A stretch of 64,000 nucleotides of DNA from an uncultured Ignavibacterium sp. (GCA_937934185.1 CALHAB010000040.1:14174-78173), one strand, 5' to 3'; positions 9,821 to 20,608 are shown, counted from the first letter of the stretch. Translations and numbers: made by a program. The notes: generated by a model from the letters alone, not told the origin.

Positions 9821-10516
9821 ATGCAGAGATTATTAGACGAGCATTTAGAAAAATTAAAGACCAGAATACTGAAAATGTGCAGTCTTGTTGATGAACAATT
9901 TCAACTGGCTGTTAAAGCAGTTGAAGAAGAAAATCTTGAGATTGCAAAACTTGTTATTGAAAGAGATGCCAAGGTTGATAAATATGATTTGAAGATTGAA
10001 AAAATCTGTCAGAAAATTTTTGCATTGTCTCAACCCGTTGCAATGGATTTGAGATTAATAATGTCTTCAATGACATTAAACACTGACCTTGAGAGAATTG
10101 GCGATATCTCGGTTAACATTTGTGAAAACATACTCTTGATTCAGAAGAAACCAGATTTTTATAACCGAACAAAACTCCCCGAAATGTTTCAACTCACCAA
10201 GGAAGTTCTTAAGAATGCAATTGATGCTTACATAAACGGCAATGCTGATCTTGCAAAAAAGGTTATCATTTCTGATGATCAGATTGATAAATTGAACGCA
10301 GAAAATCATTCTATACTTAAAGCTATAATGAAAGAAAATCCTGATAATATTGAGCCTGCAGTTGCCTTGCTTGTTATTTCAAGAGAGCTTGAAAGAGTTG
10401 CAGATCACTCCACAAATATTGCAGAAGATGTTTTCTTTATTGTTGAAGCACAGCTAATCAAACACAAATATGAAAAGTATGTGTTTGGTGAAGAGGAAGA
10501 AGAAGACAAAGATTAA
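9821..10516 (+). CDS. phoU: Phosphate signalling protein PhoU
   Basis: QPVAMDLR, DLERIGD and ELERVADH repeats; AGGAG SD. Confidence 0.95.
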   Translation: MQRLLDEHLEKLKTRILKMCSLVDEQFQLAVKAVEEENLEIAKLVIERDAKVDKYDLKIEKICQKIFALSQPVAMDLRLIMSSMTLNTDLERIGDISVNICENILLIQKKPDFYNRTKLPEMFQLTKEVLKNAIDAYINGNADLAKKVIISDDQIDKLNAENHSILKAIMKENPDNIEPAVALLVISRELERVADHSTNIAEDVFFIVEAQLIKHKYEKYVFGEEEEEDKD

Positions 10517-11091
10517 GTCAGAATGGATTCAATAATATTTTGAAATTCTTCCAGTGTTAAAAATTCTTTTTCTGAAGTCAGCTGCAAACTGATTTTTTTA
10601 CCAACTGCTATCATCCAGCTAAGCATCATAATCGAATAAGGAAGTGACTTGCTTACCGCTTTGATTTTATCTTTATAAAAAAATACGAGCACCTTTCTTA
10701 TAATTTCTTCTTCTTTACTCAAATAATCTTTTAATAATTCAGTTTCTGCTTCCGTTGTTCTTTCAGAAATAAACTGAATAATTATTTCGAAGATTAACTT
10801 AAAATCATTTCTTACTGAATCTTTTTTAATAAAATATTCTTCGAATCGTTTTTGAATTGAGTTCTCATCATTAGAGAAAATCTGATTTACCATTTCAAGG
10901 TAATTTTCAAATTCCCATTTAATTACTTCTATGTACAAAGCATCCTTGGATTCAAAGTAGTAATAAAGAGTCGGCTTACCGATTCTGATATCTCTGGCAA
11001 TTTCGTCCATGTTTGTTTTGTGAAATCCGTGGCGGGCAAATCTTTTGTCGGCAGCTTTGATAATCTGCATTTTACGATCGTTATTTTTCAT
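10513..11091 (-). CDS. TetR/AcrR family transcriptional regulator
   Basis: N-terminal HTH FARHGFHKTNMDEIARDIRIGKPTLYYYFESK; GAGGAG SD. Confidence 0.93.
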   Translation of the reverse strand: MKNNDRKMQIIKAADKRFARHGFHKTNMDEIARDIRIGKPTLYYYFESKDALYIEVIKWEFENYLEMVNQIFSNDENSIQKRFEEYFIKKDSVRNDFKLIFEIIIQFISERTTEAETELLKDYLSKEEEIIRKVLVFFYKDKIKAVSKSLPYSIMMLSWMIAVGKKISLQLTSEKEFLTLEEFQNIIESILT

Positions 11092-11100
11092 CTCTCCTCT

Positions 11101-11148
11101 GAATTTTCAAAATTCTACTAAAGAAAAATAATATCAACAGCGGTTGAT
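11101..11148. promoter_or_regulatory. Two palindromes upstream of the TetR gene (candidate operators)
   Basis: GAATTTT-C-AAAATTC (11101-11115) and ATCAAC-AGCG-GTTGAT (11133-11148). Confidence 0.35.
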
Positions 11149-11290
11149 TAACAATATTTTGTCAGTTCAGACTAAAGTTTGTTATTGAATTAGTATAAAT
11201 GAATAAGTATAGAGCGCCTGATTACTATGACAATAACGCTTCATTCCCAACTGCAATTTTTTTATTTTCACACAAAACAAATTATGAAAA

Positions 11291-12118
11291 ATGGTAGTAG
11301 AAGTAAGTAATATTAAAATCGGAGATAATCTTCCTTTTGTATTAATCGCTGGTCCCTGTGTTGTTGAAAGCGAAGAATTGATTTTCTTTACGGCGAAGAA
11401 AATCTCAGAAATAACTTCAAAGCATAACATCCCTTTCATCTTCAAGTCAAGTTTTAAGAAAGCAAACAGAACAAATCTGAATTCATTTTCAGGATTGGGA
11501 GATGAAAAAGCAATTTCAGTTCTTAAAAAAGTTCGCGATAAATTAAATATTCCGGTTCTGACCGATGTTCATACAGAATCAGATATTGAGAAAGTTAAGG
11601 ATGCAGTTGATGTAATTCAGATTCCGGCTTTCTTATGCAGACAAACTGAATTGCTTTTAGCTGCTGGAGAATCGGGCTTGGCTGTGAACATAAAGAAAGG
11701 ACAATTCCTTGCACCAGAAGATATGAAGCACGCTGCAGATAAGGTTGCATCAACTGGAAATAAAAAAATATTACTTACAGAAAGAGGAACTACTTTCGGA
11801 TATCACAATTTGGTTGTTGATATGCGTTCACTTGTTATTATGCGTGAACTTGGTTATCCTGTTGTTATGGATGCAACTCATTCAGTTCAGCTTCCGAGCA
11901 AAGATAATGTAAGTGGCGGACAGCCAAAGTTCATTAAGCCACTTGCCAGAGCCGCAGCAGCTGTTGGAATTGATGCATTGTTTCTGGAAGTTCACCCCGA
12001 ACCCTCAAAAGCACTTAGTGATGCTGCCAGTCAGCTACCTCTTTCTGAACTCGAGGAACTTCTTATTGAAATAAAAGCAATTGATTCTGTAATTAAATCT
12101 GTGAGAAAGAAAAGTTGA
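11291..12118 (+). CDS. kdsA: KDO 8-phosphate synthase
   Basis: IAGPCVVES, KANRT, QIPAFLCRQT, KKGQFL and DATHSVQ motifs. Confidence 0.97.
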   Translation: MVVEVSNIKIGDNLPFVLIAGPCVVESEELIFFTAKKISEITSKHNIPFIFKSSFKKANRTNLNSFSGLGDEKAISVLKKVRDKLNIPVLTDVHTESDIEKVKDAVDVIQIPAFLCRQTELLLAAGESGLAVNIKKGQFLAPEDMKHAADKVASTGNKKILLTERGTTFGYHNLVVDMRSLVIMRELGYPVVMDATHSVQLPSKDNVSGGQPKFIKPLARAAAAVGIDALFLEVHPEPSKALSDAASQLPLSELEELLIEIKAIDSVIKSVRKKS

Positions 12119-12846
12119 AAGAATTTCCAAGAAAATTATCAGATGCTGAATTGAATCTGCTGTTACTTCTGCTTCCTGAGAATAAATCTGGTTATGCAAG
12201 ATACAGAAATCTTATCAGGGAATATTTTGTAATCGGTGAAGGAAGATTTGGCGAAGGAAATTACTTTCTTGGAAAATCTGATGACGAGATTGACCTTGAG
12301 ATTTCTTCATCTCCGATTCTGACAAACGGAATTGTTCAAACAGATAAAATGACATTTGAAATTTCTATAAACGAAATTCAGGATGACAAAATTGAATTTT
12401 CAATTTCACCTTATCCCGATGAAAATGAAATTTACAGAATTGAAAAAGTTCTTACTTTGTCTGATTGGACTCCCGGCAAAAAATCTCCTGAAGGAAACAA
12501 AGTCAGATTATATTCAATTGATGGGATGAATTATATTCTGGTAATAGCACCAACTGATCATAGAATATGGTTGTATGAGAAAAGCAGCGGAATTAATTAT
12601 CCAATCCCCGTCAGTAATTTTTATAACGAACTTTTAAGATTAAAAAGAGAAACCCGAAACGAAATCTATAAAAATCCGAATAAGCTTTTTGATGATTTAG
12701 AATCATTTACGGAATCCGAAATCATTTTAGCTTTTCTTTTATACTGCAAATACAAAAGAAGATTTCATCTTGATCATTTAATAGATAAATTTTTAACTGA
12801 ACCTAAAAAGAAAAAATCTTTATTTAGTTTTTTCAGGAGAAAGTAA
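12115..12846 (+). CDS. Hypothetical protein (243 aa) inside the kds/lpt operon
   Basis: TTG start overlaps the kdsA stop and the gene ends 1 nt before kdsD. No recognisable motif. Confidence 0.75.
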   Translation: MKEFPRKLSDAELNLLLLLLPENKSGYARYRNLIREYFVIGEGRFGEGNYFLGKSDDEIDLEISSSPILTNGIVQTDKMTFEISINEIQDDKIEFSISPYPDENEIYRIEKVLTLSDWTPGKKSPEGNKVRLYSIDGMNYILVIAPTDHRIWLYEKSSGINYPIPVSNFYNELLRLKRETRNEIYKNPNKLFDDLESFTESEIILAFLLYCKYKRRFHLDHLIDKFLTEPKKKKSLFSFFRRK

Positions 12847-12847
12847 A

Positions 12848-13825
12848 TTGAACGCAGAAGAAATAATCCATCGCGGAAAAGAAGTTATCAGGATAGAATC
12901 TGAAGCTGTGGCAAACCTTTCAGATGGAATTGATGATCAGTTTGTTGAAGCCGTTGAAACAATGTATAAATGTAAAGGCAGGGTTGTTTTGACCGGTATG
13001 GGCAAATCAGGATTGATTGCGAGAAAAATTGTTGCGACACTTAACTCAACCGGCACAGCTTCAATATATCTTCATCCGACTGATGCTCTGCACGGTGATT
13101 TGGGAATGGTCAGAGGTGAAGATGTTGTAATCCTTATTTCCAAAAGCGGTGAGAGTGAAGAGATAATTAACTTACTCCCGATGTTTAAGCGGCTGGGAGT
13201 AAAGCTGATTGCAATGTGTGGGAATAAAAACTCAAGACTTGCCAGAGAGTGTGATATCTACATTAACATTGCCGTAAAGGAAGAAGCTTGTCCCTATGAT
13301 TTAGCGCCGACAGCTTCAACTACTGCAACACTTGCTATGGGAGATGCTCTTTCTGTTGCTCTGCTTCATAAAAGAAATTTTACTCAGGAAGATTTTGCAA
13401 TGCTTCATCCGGGCGGTAGTCTTGGCAAAAGATTATCCCTTAAGATTGAAGAGATTATGATTAAAGGTGACAGAATTCCAAAAGTAAAAGAAGACACCTC
13501 ACTTAAAGATGTAATTATCGAAATCACTTCAAAACGATTGGGAACTACAAGTGTTGTAAATGAGAAAGGTATTTTGACAGGTATCATAACTGATGGTGAT
13601 CTGAGAAGATTGCTTGAAAAAACAATGGAGATAAAAAATTTAAAAGCGATTGATGTGATGACGAAAAATCCTAAAGTAATTAAGCCGGAATATCTCGCTT
13701 CCTTTGCTTTACAGCAGATGGAAAATTACAAAATTACAAGTCTTATTGTTATTGATGATTCCAATAGACCAATTGGAATTGTTCATCTTCACGATTTGAT
13801 TAATCTTGGTTTACAAACAAGATGA
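12848..13825 (+). CDS. kdsD: Arabinose 5-phosphate isomerase (KpsF/GutQ, SIS plus CBS domains)
   Basis: GMGKSG, HGDLG, APTAST and HPGGSLG motifs; CBS pair. Confidence 0.95.
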   Translation: MNAEEIIHRGKEVIRIESEAVANLSDGIDDQFVEAVETMYKCKGRVVLTGMGKSGLIARKIVATLNSTGTASIYLHPTDALHGDLGMVRGEDVVILISKSGESEEIINLLPMFKRLGVKLIAMCGNKNSRLARECDIYINIAVKEEACPYDLAPTASTTATLAMGDALSVALLHKRNFTQEDFAMLHPGGSLGKRLSLKIEEIMIKGDRIPKVKEDTSLKDVIIEITSKRLGTTSVVNEKGILTGIITDGDLRRLLEKTMEIKNLKAIDVMTKNPKVIKPEYLASFALQQMENYKITSLIVIDDSNRPIGIVHLHDLINLGLQTR

Positions 13826-14352
13826 GATACATTCTGTTTCTAACCATTACTATTCTTATCGGTTGTTCAAGTGAACGGGTAAAACCACCGATTGACAGAA
13901 CTTTTCAGGACAAAGATATTCCTGCACAGGAAAGCTGGAATGCTGAAGTTACTTTTTCTGATTCAGGGAAAATCCGTGCAATTCTTTATGCTGGTCATAT
14001 CAGAATGTATCCGGATAAAAACGAAACTCTTCTTGACAGCAATATCAAAATTGATTTCTATGATATTAATGAAATAAAAACTACAACTCTGACATCCAAA
14101 AGAGGAAGAGTTGATGATATAACAAAAGATCTTTTTGCAATTGATAGTGTTGTTGCTCAGAGTGACAGTATTATCATAACTACCGAAGAAATGATGTGGC
14201 GAAACAAAGACCGGAAAATTGTCTCGGATAAATTTGTTACAATACTCTCACCAAAAGAAAAAATTCAGGGCTATGGTTTTGAATCTGATCAGAATCTGAA
14301 AAACTATGTTATTTATAACATAACTTACATAACAAGGCGGGATACTTTGTGA
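13822..14352 (+). CDS. lptC: LPS export protein LptC (lipoprotein-type)
   Basis: Lipobox LIGC, beta-rich body with G-GFESD motif, position between kdsD and lptA/lptB. Confidence 0.85.
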   Translation: MRYILFLTITILIGCSSERVKPPIDRTFQDKDIPAQESWNAEVTFSDSGKIRAILYAGHIRMYPDKNETLLDSNIKIDFYDINEIKTTTLTSKRGRVDDITKDLFAIDSVVAQSDSIIITTEEMMWRNKDRKIVSDKFVTILSPKEKIQGYGFESDQNLKNYVIYNITYITRRDTL

Positions 14353-15743
14353 GTAAAAAAATCCTGATACTGATATTCTTTTTTTCTCTGATTTCTTTTG
14401 CTCAGGAAAAAGAAATGATTATTGTTATTGGTGATAGTCTTGTTGGCAAAGTAGTTAACGGTGAATCGATTCGTGAAGTAAGCGGTAATGTAGTATTGAC
14501 TCAGGGCAATGTAAAAATCACCTGCAATAAAGCTATTCAATACCTTTCAAGAAATGATGCTGAGCTTATTGGAAATGTAATTGCAACTCAGGATACTCTA
14601 ACTATTAAAACAGAGAGAGGATTTTATTTCGGAAATTTGCGAAAGACCTCAAGCAATGCAGGAGTAATTCTTGAAGATAAAAAAGTTGTTTTGTCTGCTG
14701 AACAGGGAGAATATTTTTTCGATGAGAATAAAGCTGTATTCCAAACAAATGTGAAGCTGTTTGACACTGCTTCAACTTTAACATCACAGAAGCTTACATA
14801 TTTCAGAAATGATGATCGTGCAATTGCCACTGTTGATGTTAAGATTATTGATTCAGTAAATACCATTTATGCTGATACGGTTGATCATTTGAGAAAAAAA
14901 CAGATAACGATTGCATCGGGAAATGTTGTTATAAAGAATAATTCCAATAATACTCTTGTCTTTGGAGAGCATCTTGAAGATTATCGGGAAAGCAAATACA
15001 CAATAATTGATAAGCTTCCGATGCTTGTGCAGGTTGATACAAGTAAATCAACTGATTCACTTGGTTTCGAGACAATCAGACTGGACACTTTATTCATTCA
15101 ATGTAAAATGATGGAAGTATTTCGTGAACCGGAACAGAAGTTTATCGCAAAAGATTCTGTAAAAATTATTCGTGACCTTTTCTCTTCCAAAAATGATCTT
15201 ACAGTTTATCTTAAAGATGAAGAGAAAATAATAACTCAGAAAATAAGTGATGAACACAGCCAACCGGTTTTATGGTACGATAATTCGCAATTAACAGGTG
15301 ACTCGATAACAATTTATATCGAAGATAAAAAAATCCGTCAGCTTGATGTTGACGGAAATGCCTTTATGGTATCGCAGAATAAAAATCACAGCAATCGTTT
15401 TGATCAATCATCGGCTTCAGGTATAAAAATGTTTTTTGATGATAATAAAATTCAAAGGGCTGATTTTTTCGGCAATGTATATTCGATTTATTATCTTTAC
15501 GAAGAAGAACAACCAAATGGTTTGATGAAAGCTAATTCAATGGATGCTTCGATATTGTTTGAGAATAATGAAGTGATTGAGGTAAAACTTTTCGGAAATC
15601 CGGGAAGTGAATATTATCCGGAACAACAGGTTATCGGAAATGAAAAATCTTTTCAGCTTCCAAAATTTATTTTTATTGAAGATCGGCCTGATAAACAAAA
15701 AATGTATGAGCAAATGAACAGGATAAAATGGCAACTACATTAA
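14349..15743 (+). CDS. Long OstA/LptA-like beta-jellyroll protein
   Basis: Signal peptide, repeated GNV beta-jellyroll units, located between lptC and lptB. Confidence 0.8.
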   Translation: MSKKILILIFFFSLISFAQEKEMIIVIGDSLVGKVVNGESIREVSGNVVLTQGNVKITCNKAIQYLSRNDAELIGNVIATQDTLTIKTERGFYFGNLRKTSSNAGVILEDKKVVLSAEQGEYFFDENKAVFQTNVKLFDTASTLTSQKLTYFRNDDRAIATVDVKIIDSVNTIYADTVDHLRKKQITIASGNVVIKNNSNNTLVFGEHLEDYRESKYTIIDKLPMLVQVDTSKSTDSLGFETIRLDTLFIQCKMMEVFREPEQKFIAKDSVKIIRDLFSSKNDLTVYLKDEEKIITQKISDEHSQPVLWYDNSQLTGDSITIYIEDKKIRQLDVDGNAFMVSQNKNHSNRFDQSSASGIKMFFDDNKIQRADFFGNVYSIYYLYEEEQPNGLMKANSMDASILFENNEVIEVKLFGNPGSEYYPEQQVIGNEKSFQLPKFIFIEDRPDKQKMYEQMNRIKWQLH

Positions 15744-16465
15744 GAAGTGAAAACTTAGTAAAGGCTTATAAGAAGAGAACAGTTGTTAATAAAGCTTCTG
15801 TTAAAGTTTCGAAAGGTGAAATAGTCGGATTACTCGGTCCAAACGGAGCAGGGAAGACAACTACATTTTATATGATTACAGGAATGATAAAACCTGAATC
15901 AGGCAGAGTATTTCTCGACGATATTGAAATAACCAAAATTCCGATGTACAAAAGAGCCAGACTTGGTATTGGATATTTACCTCAGGAAGCATCAATTTTC
16001 AGAAGACTTACCGTTGAAGAAAATCTTTTAGCTGTTCTTGAAATGACGAATCTGTCAGCAAAAGAACAGAAAGAAAAATGTGAAAAGCTTCTTGAAGAAT
16101 TATCAATTGCTCATATCAGAAAGAGTATGGGTTTTCAATTGAGCGGAGGTGAAAGAAGAAGAACTGAAATAGCCCGGGCACTTGCTACTGATCCAAGTTT
16201 TATTTTGCTTGACGAACCATTCGCCGGAGTTGACCCGATTGCTGTTGAAGATATTATGAATATTGTCGCAAATCTTAAAAACAGAGGCATAGGAGTTTTG
16301 ATTACTGATCATAATGTTCACGAAACATTGAGCATTGTTGATAATGCTTATATTCTTATTAACGGAGTGATTTTTAAACAAGGTAATGCACACGATTTAG
16401 CGAATGATGAGGAAGTTAGAAAATTATATCTTGGTGAAAAGTTTAAACTTGACAGGTATTTCTGA
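15728..16465 (+). CDS. lptB: LPS export ABC transporter ATPase LptB
   Basis: [36 protein letters not shown] and ITDHNV motifs. Confidence 0.97.
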   Translation: MATTLRSENLVKAYKKRTVVNKASVKVSKGEIVGLLGPNGAGKTTTFYMITGMIKPESGRVFLDDIEITKIPMYKRARLGIGYLPQEASIFRRLTVEENLLAVLEMTNLSAKEQKEKCEKLLEELSIAHIRKSMGFQLSGGERRRTEIARALATDPSFILLDEPFAGVDPIAVEDIMNIVANLKNRGIGVLITDHNVHETLSIVDNAYILINGVIFKQGNAHDLANDEEVRKLYLGEKFKLDRYF

Positions 16466-16468
16466 TAA

Positions 16469-16999
16469 TTATTTTACCTCTTCCCTAAGTATGGAGTAAA
16501 CATACAAATCCCAGAATAATTTTTCTTTAAATACTGCTTTTCTGATTACACCATCGAGTTTAAATCCTGCCTTGGTTAAAACTTTCATAGAAGCTTTATT
16601 ACCTTCATAAACATTGGCTGTAATTGATCTGATGTTATAGTGACTGAATAAATATTTTGTAAAAACTTTAACTGCTTCGGTTGCAATTCCTTTTCCCCAA
16701 AAAGGTTCTCCAAGCCAGTAGCCAAGTTCCCATGAATATCTGTAAACATCCTCTTTGAATTTTACTCCGATTCCACCAATTAATTCTTTCTGATTTGCAA
16801 TCGCATAGTTCAGTCCATCATTTGTATTTCTCGAAACCGTAATCCATTGCTCAGCATCTCTTATTGAATATGGATATGGGAAATTATCTTTAACCCATCT
16901 GAAGATATTATAATTGTTAGCATATTTAACCAAAGCATAAACATCGTCAAGTTGGAAATCACGAATAAGATATTGGTCGTTCAAAAATTTTATCAACAT
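16469..16999 (-). CDS. GNAT N-acetyltransferase, RimJ/RimL type
   Basis: FPYPY, ELGYWLGEPFWGKGIATEA and NKASMKVL motifs. Start reassigned to ATG 16999, just after the upstream gene's stop. Confidence 0.88.
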   Translation of the reverse strand: MLIKFLNDQYLIRDFQLDDVYALVKYANNYNIFRWVKDNFPYPYSIRDAEQWITVSRNTNDGLNYAIANQKELIGGIGVKFKEDVYRYSWELGYWLGEPFWGKGIATEAVKVFTKYLFSHYNIRSITANVYEGNKASMKVLTKAGFKLDGVIRKAVFKEKLFWDLYVYSILREEVK

Positions 17000-17000
17000 T

Positions 17001-17957
17001 TTACCATCCTCCAAAAGGTCCTCCATAAGCTCCCTGATCATTTCTTGAACCATCAATATCGTTAAACTCGGGATCAGGATTGCCAGCATCTTTACAAGGC
17101 GACTGGTAGTAAAGTCTGAAATCATCTTCAAACAGAAACATCGGGTCGTTGTCTTCATCACCATAAAAATTATACTGTTCAATCAGGTTTGAAGAATCGC
17201 TTGAAGCAAAGAAAAAATTATGTTTGCCGGTCGGAGAATTATTTTTGAAAAATATATTGTTTTGAATTTCTGTTCGCTGTGGATTATCAACAAAGATTCC
17301 GGCACCTTCGAGTGAGCTTGTATTTTTATACAAAACACAATTTATTACAGTCAGATTTGAATTAATCGAGTGAATAGCACCGCCCTGATATTGTGCAGAA
17401 TTTTTTGAAAAGATATTGTTGTAAATAATCAGTATGGAATTTCTCAGTCCAATTGATCCGCCGATTTTTGATTTGTTTTCAGTGATGAAATTATTTTTTA
17501 ATTCAGCGTATGAGCCAATCAACGAAATTGCAGAGTAACCGGTTCCATCCTGTTTTTCGAAAACAATTTTTTCAATTACACAAAACTGAATTACAGAATT
17601 ACGGTTTGAATATAAAAATTTAATTCCTTCCCAGTCTTTGTTGTAAGCAGTAAAGAGAATCGGCCGATATCGAGTTCCGGCAGCAATTAAAGTTCCTTGT
17701 ACAATTATTTTCTTTCCATCATCAAAATAAAGCTCCGTGCCGGGTTCGATGATCAATGTATCTGAGGTTTCAACTGTTAAGTCTTCTTTAATCAAATATG
17801 GTGAATCTGATCTTGTCAGCTTTCCTGAAATCCTTCCACCAATCTCAGTGAATAAACCTGTAATCGGAGGCGCACCACCGCTGTCATCAAAGTTTTGTCT
17901 TTCAACACAACCTGAAATTGAAAGGATGATTAATATCAAACTGAAAAATCGTTTCAT
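17001..17957 (-). CDS. Lipoprotein with right-handed parallel beta-helix repeats
   Basis: Lipobox ISGC; TLIIEPGT; repeated NxxxxGGAI units; C-terminal SPCKDAGNP...DQGAYGG. Confidence 0.8.
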   Translation of the reverse strand: MKRFFSLILIILSISGCVERQNFDDSGGAPPITGLFTEIGGRISGKLTRSDSPYLIKEDLTVETSDTLIIEPGTELYFDDGKKIIVQGTLIAAGTRYRPILFTAYNKDWEGIKFLYSNRNSVIQFCVIEKIVFEKQDGTGYSAISLIGSYAELKNNFITENKSKIGGSIGLRNSILIIYNNIFSKNSAQYQGGAIHSINSNLTVINCVLYKNTSSLEGAGIFVDNPQRTEIQNNIFFKNNSPTGKHNFFFASSDSSNLIEQYNFYGDEDNDPMFLFEDDFRLYYQSPCKDAGNPDPEFNDIDGSRNDQGAYGGPFGGW

Positions 17958-18006
17958 AAAAATGGAGATTCTGTTTAATATATTTCACAACAAAAATATT
18001 TCAATT

Positions 18007-19143
18007 ATGCGAAAAATAACATTAACACTATTAGTATCAACTTTTCTTTCTCTCGTTACTTATTCTCAGATTAAAGTTACTTTTAAAGTTTATACAAATT
18101 CAGTGAAAGAAAATGAAAGTGTATTTATTACGGGAAATCATTCTGAACTTGGTGAGTGGATACCAAATAAAGTTGTTCTGCAAAAAACAGATTCTTCTCT
18201 TTGGACAAAAACTTTCTTGTTTGATGAGGGTGAGTTTCTGGAATTTAAGTTTACAAAAGGTGATTGGAATAAAGAAGCATTAACTGATGATAAAACAGTT
18301 CCAGCAAATTATAAACTCACTGTTATAGAAGATACAACTCTTACTTTCAGAATTAATTATTGGAAAGATGAATATAAAATAAATATCCCGGATACAATTA
18401 CAGGCAGATATGTTCACATCAAAAATTTTGATGCAAGTGAAATTCAGGACAGAGATATAATCATCTGGCTGCCGCCTGATTATGATTCAACAAATCATAA
18501 AAGATATCCTGTCCTTTATATGCACGACGGTCAGAATGTTTTTAATCCTGCTACTTCGACTCTCGGTTTTGATTGGAGAATTGACGAAATAGCTGACAGT
18601 CTTATTTCGCTTGGTGGGATTCCTTCACTGATTGTAGTTGGCATTTACAATTCCGGCAGAAGATTTTATGAGTATTCAAATACAGATGAAGGTGAGAAAT
18701 ATATGCGATTTATTGTCAACGAGCTTAAACCATTCATTGACAAAAACTTTAATACACTTTCTGACAGAGATAATACTTTTGTCGGAGGATCTTCGATGGG
18801 AGGATTAATCTCTTTTATGCTTGGCTGGGAATATCCTGAGATATTTTCAAGAATGCTTTGTATTTCACCAGCGTTTAAGATTCGTAATGTTGATTATGTA
18901 AGTGTTGTAAAAAAATATTCAGGACAAAAGAAACCTTTGAAAGTTTATATTGATAATGGTGGTGTTGGACTGGAAGCAGAGTTACAATCAGGAATTGATG
19001 AAATGTTAAAAGTGCTTTCAGATAAAGGTTATAAACTAAATGAGGATATCGTTTGGATTAAAGATGAGGAAGCTGAACACAATGAAATTGCCTGGTCAAA
19101 GCGTGCACCAAAGTTTCTGAAATTTTTGTTTGATAAAAATTAA
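18007..19143 (+). CDS. Secreted CBM20-like domain plus alpha/beta hydrolase (esterase family)
   Basis: Signal peptide from ATG 18007; VFITGNHSELGEW (CBM20-like); YPVLYMHDGQN, GSSMGG nucleophile and HNE-AW. Confidence 0.88.
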   Translation: MRKITLTLLVSTFLSLVTYSQIKVTFKVYTNSVKENESVFITGNHSELGEWIPNKVVLQKTDSSLWTKTFLFDEGEFLEFKFTKGDWNKEALTDDKTVPANYKLTVIEDTTLTFRINYWKDEYKINIPDTITGRYVHIKNFDASEIQDRDIIIWLPPDYDSTNHKRYPVLYMHDGQNVFNPATSTLGFDWRIDEIADSLISLGGIPSLIVVGIYNSGRRFYEYSNTDEGEKYMRFIVNELKPFIDKNFNTLSDRDNTFVGGSSMGGLISFMLGWEYPEIFSRMLCISPAFKIRNVDYVSVVKKYSGQKKPLKVYIDNGGVGLEAELQSGIDEMLKVLSDKGYKLNEDIVWIKDEEAEHNEIAWSKRAPKFLKFLFDKN

Positions 19144-19745
19144 TTCGTCCTTTTTTCAAAATGCTGATAGTCTTTAGATGAACGCCAGAAGCCACCCCAC
19201 ATCCATCCTCGTTTGCGGAATTCTTTAACTATTCTTGACGAATCTGTAATAGTTCCTGGCCTGGATTTATCATATTCAGCTCCTTCAGGAATTGTCTTAC
19301 CTCTTTTTATGTGAGGATTCTGCAAAGGATTAATGTCTATTGCTAATCCTTTTGAATGATACGATACAATGTTTGCATCTCTGAGTTTTCTGTAATTAAA
19401 TGCTGATGTATTGTTCGCTCTCATTGAAACATCATCATTCCAGCCGAACTTTACAATCGGAACGACTCTCTGAACAGGAAAATTTATTTCTTTTATTATT
19501 TCAAAAATTTCTATCAAATCTTTTGCTGCTGACTTATGAACCAGAAGTTGTCCCTGATGCAATTTACCATCAAATGAATAGTACTGAACATCGATTAGGA
19601 CAAGATTATTCTTTATACTCTCAGGAATGTTAATTCCGGCAATTGCTTCTTCAAATGTCATATCAGAATCTATGATTACTGATTCATCAATCTGAGAGAA
19701 TGCATAAATGGCAGATAAAAAAAATATTGTGATGAAATATTTCAT
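19140..19745 (-). CDS. M15 family metallopeptidase (peptidoglycan peptidase), secreted
   Basis: NNTSAFNYR, SYHSKGLAIDINP (SxHxxGxAxD) and DYQHFE motifs. Confidence 0.9.
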   Translation of the reverse strand: MKYFITIFFLSAIYAFSQIDESVIIDSDMTFEEAIAGINIPESIKNNLVLIDVQYYSFDGKLHQGQLLVHKSAAKDLIEIFEIIKEINFPVQRVVPIVKFGWNDDVSMRANNTSAFNYRKLRDANIVSYHSKGLAIDINPLQNPHIKRGKTIPEGAEYDKSRPGTITDSSRIVKEFRKRGWMWGGFWRSSKDYQHFEKRTN

Positions 19746-20608
19746 AAATAATAATCCATCAGAGAAATTGTCTGATGATAGTATCCGCCGCCAAAAAGAT
19801 TCAAGTGATTCATAACATGATAAAGTTTATAAATATTCTCACGATATTCATATCCCTCAGGCAAAGGGAATGCTTCGTTGTATGATTTGTAAAATGCAGA
19901 GTTGAATCCTCCGAATAATTTTGTCATTGCCAAATCTGCTTCTCTGTTGCCGTAATAAACTGCAGGATCAATCAGACATGCATTCCCGTTTTCATCAACC
20001 AGATAATTTCCTGACCAAAGATCACCGTGTAGAAGTGATGGAATATTTTCAGTGTCTTTCAGTATCTCATAAATTTTATTTTCGAGTAAAGATATTCTTT
20101 TTTTGATTGAAGAATCTGCATAACCATTCTTCTCAAGAAGTCTGTATTGAAACAGAATTCTTTTGTTAAAATAAAATTTTATCCAGTTATTTTTTTCATC
20201 ATTGTCAGGAATATTTTTTTGTGGTGTTGAGCCGATGTAGTTATCTTCATAAAATCCAAAATGCTCTGAAGTGAACCGATGCAGGTTTGCAAATGACCTT
20301 CCGAAATCTTCATCGAATGTTTTGGATTTTCTTCCGGGATTAATTTGTTCAAGTAAAATGAAATTCGTATCAACTAAAATTACTTCGGGAACTCTGATAG
20401 CAGCAGCTTTTTTAAGCTCACGCAATCCATTGGCTTCTTTGAAAAACATATCCTTTGCTGAGTTGAAGTTTAACTTCAGAAAAAACTGTTTGTTGTCGGA
20501 AGTGGTAATTGTTTGCGCATCATTTATGCAGCCACCGCCGACACTTCTGCCAGAAACTATTTTAGTATTGAGTTCTTTCTCAATGTACTTGATTATTTCA
20601 GAATTCAT
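19742..20608 (-). CDS. Fructosamine/ribulosamine 3-kinase family protein
   Basis: VGGGCIN, PSLLHGDLWSGN and IDPAVYYGNREADLAMTKLFGGF motifs. Confidence 0.93.
   Translation of the reverse strand: MNSEIIKYIEKELNTKIVSGRSVGGGCINDAQTITTSDNKQFFLKLNFNSAKDMFFKEANGLRELKKAAAIRVPEVILVDTNFILLEQINPGRKSKTFDEDFGRSFANLHRFTSEHFGFYEDNYIGSTPQKNIPDNDEKNNWIKFYFNKRILFQYRLLEKNGYADSSIKKRISLLENKIYEILKDTENIPSLLHGDLWSGNYLVDENGNACLIDPAVYYGNREADLAMTKLFGGFNSAFYKSYNEAFPLPEGYEYRENIYKLYHVMNHLNLFGGGYYHQTISLMDYYL

Noticed and set aside
11182-11445. 87-aa minus-strand ORF upstream of TetR, and a GTTATTG/CAATAAC inverted repeat (11181-11238)
   Set aside because: The ORF overlaps kdsA antisense. The repeat is short with a long, poorly paired interior, so there is no support for an RNA element.
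12115-12846. Possible kdsC, based on its position
   Set aside because: No HAD DxDG motif and the length is atypical, so it is kept as hypothetical.
17000-17182. N-terminal extension of the GNAT ORF in the track
   Set aside because: It overlaps the upstream lipoprotein gene. The GNAT domain begins at ATG 16999.
17737-18006. 90-aa N-terminal extension of the esterase ORF
   Set aside because: It is antisense to the lipoprotein gene, and a clear signal peptide begins at ATG 18007.
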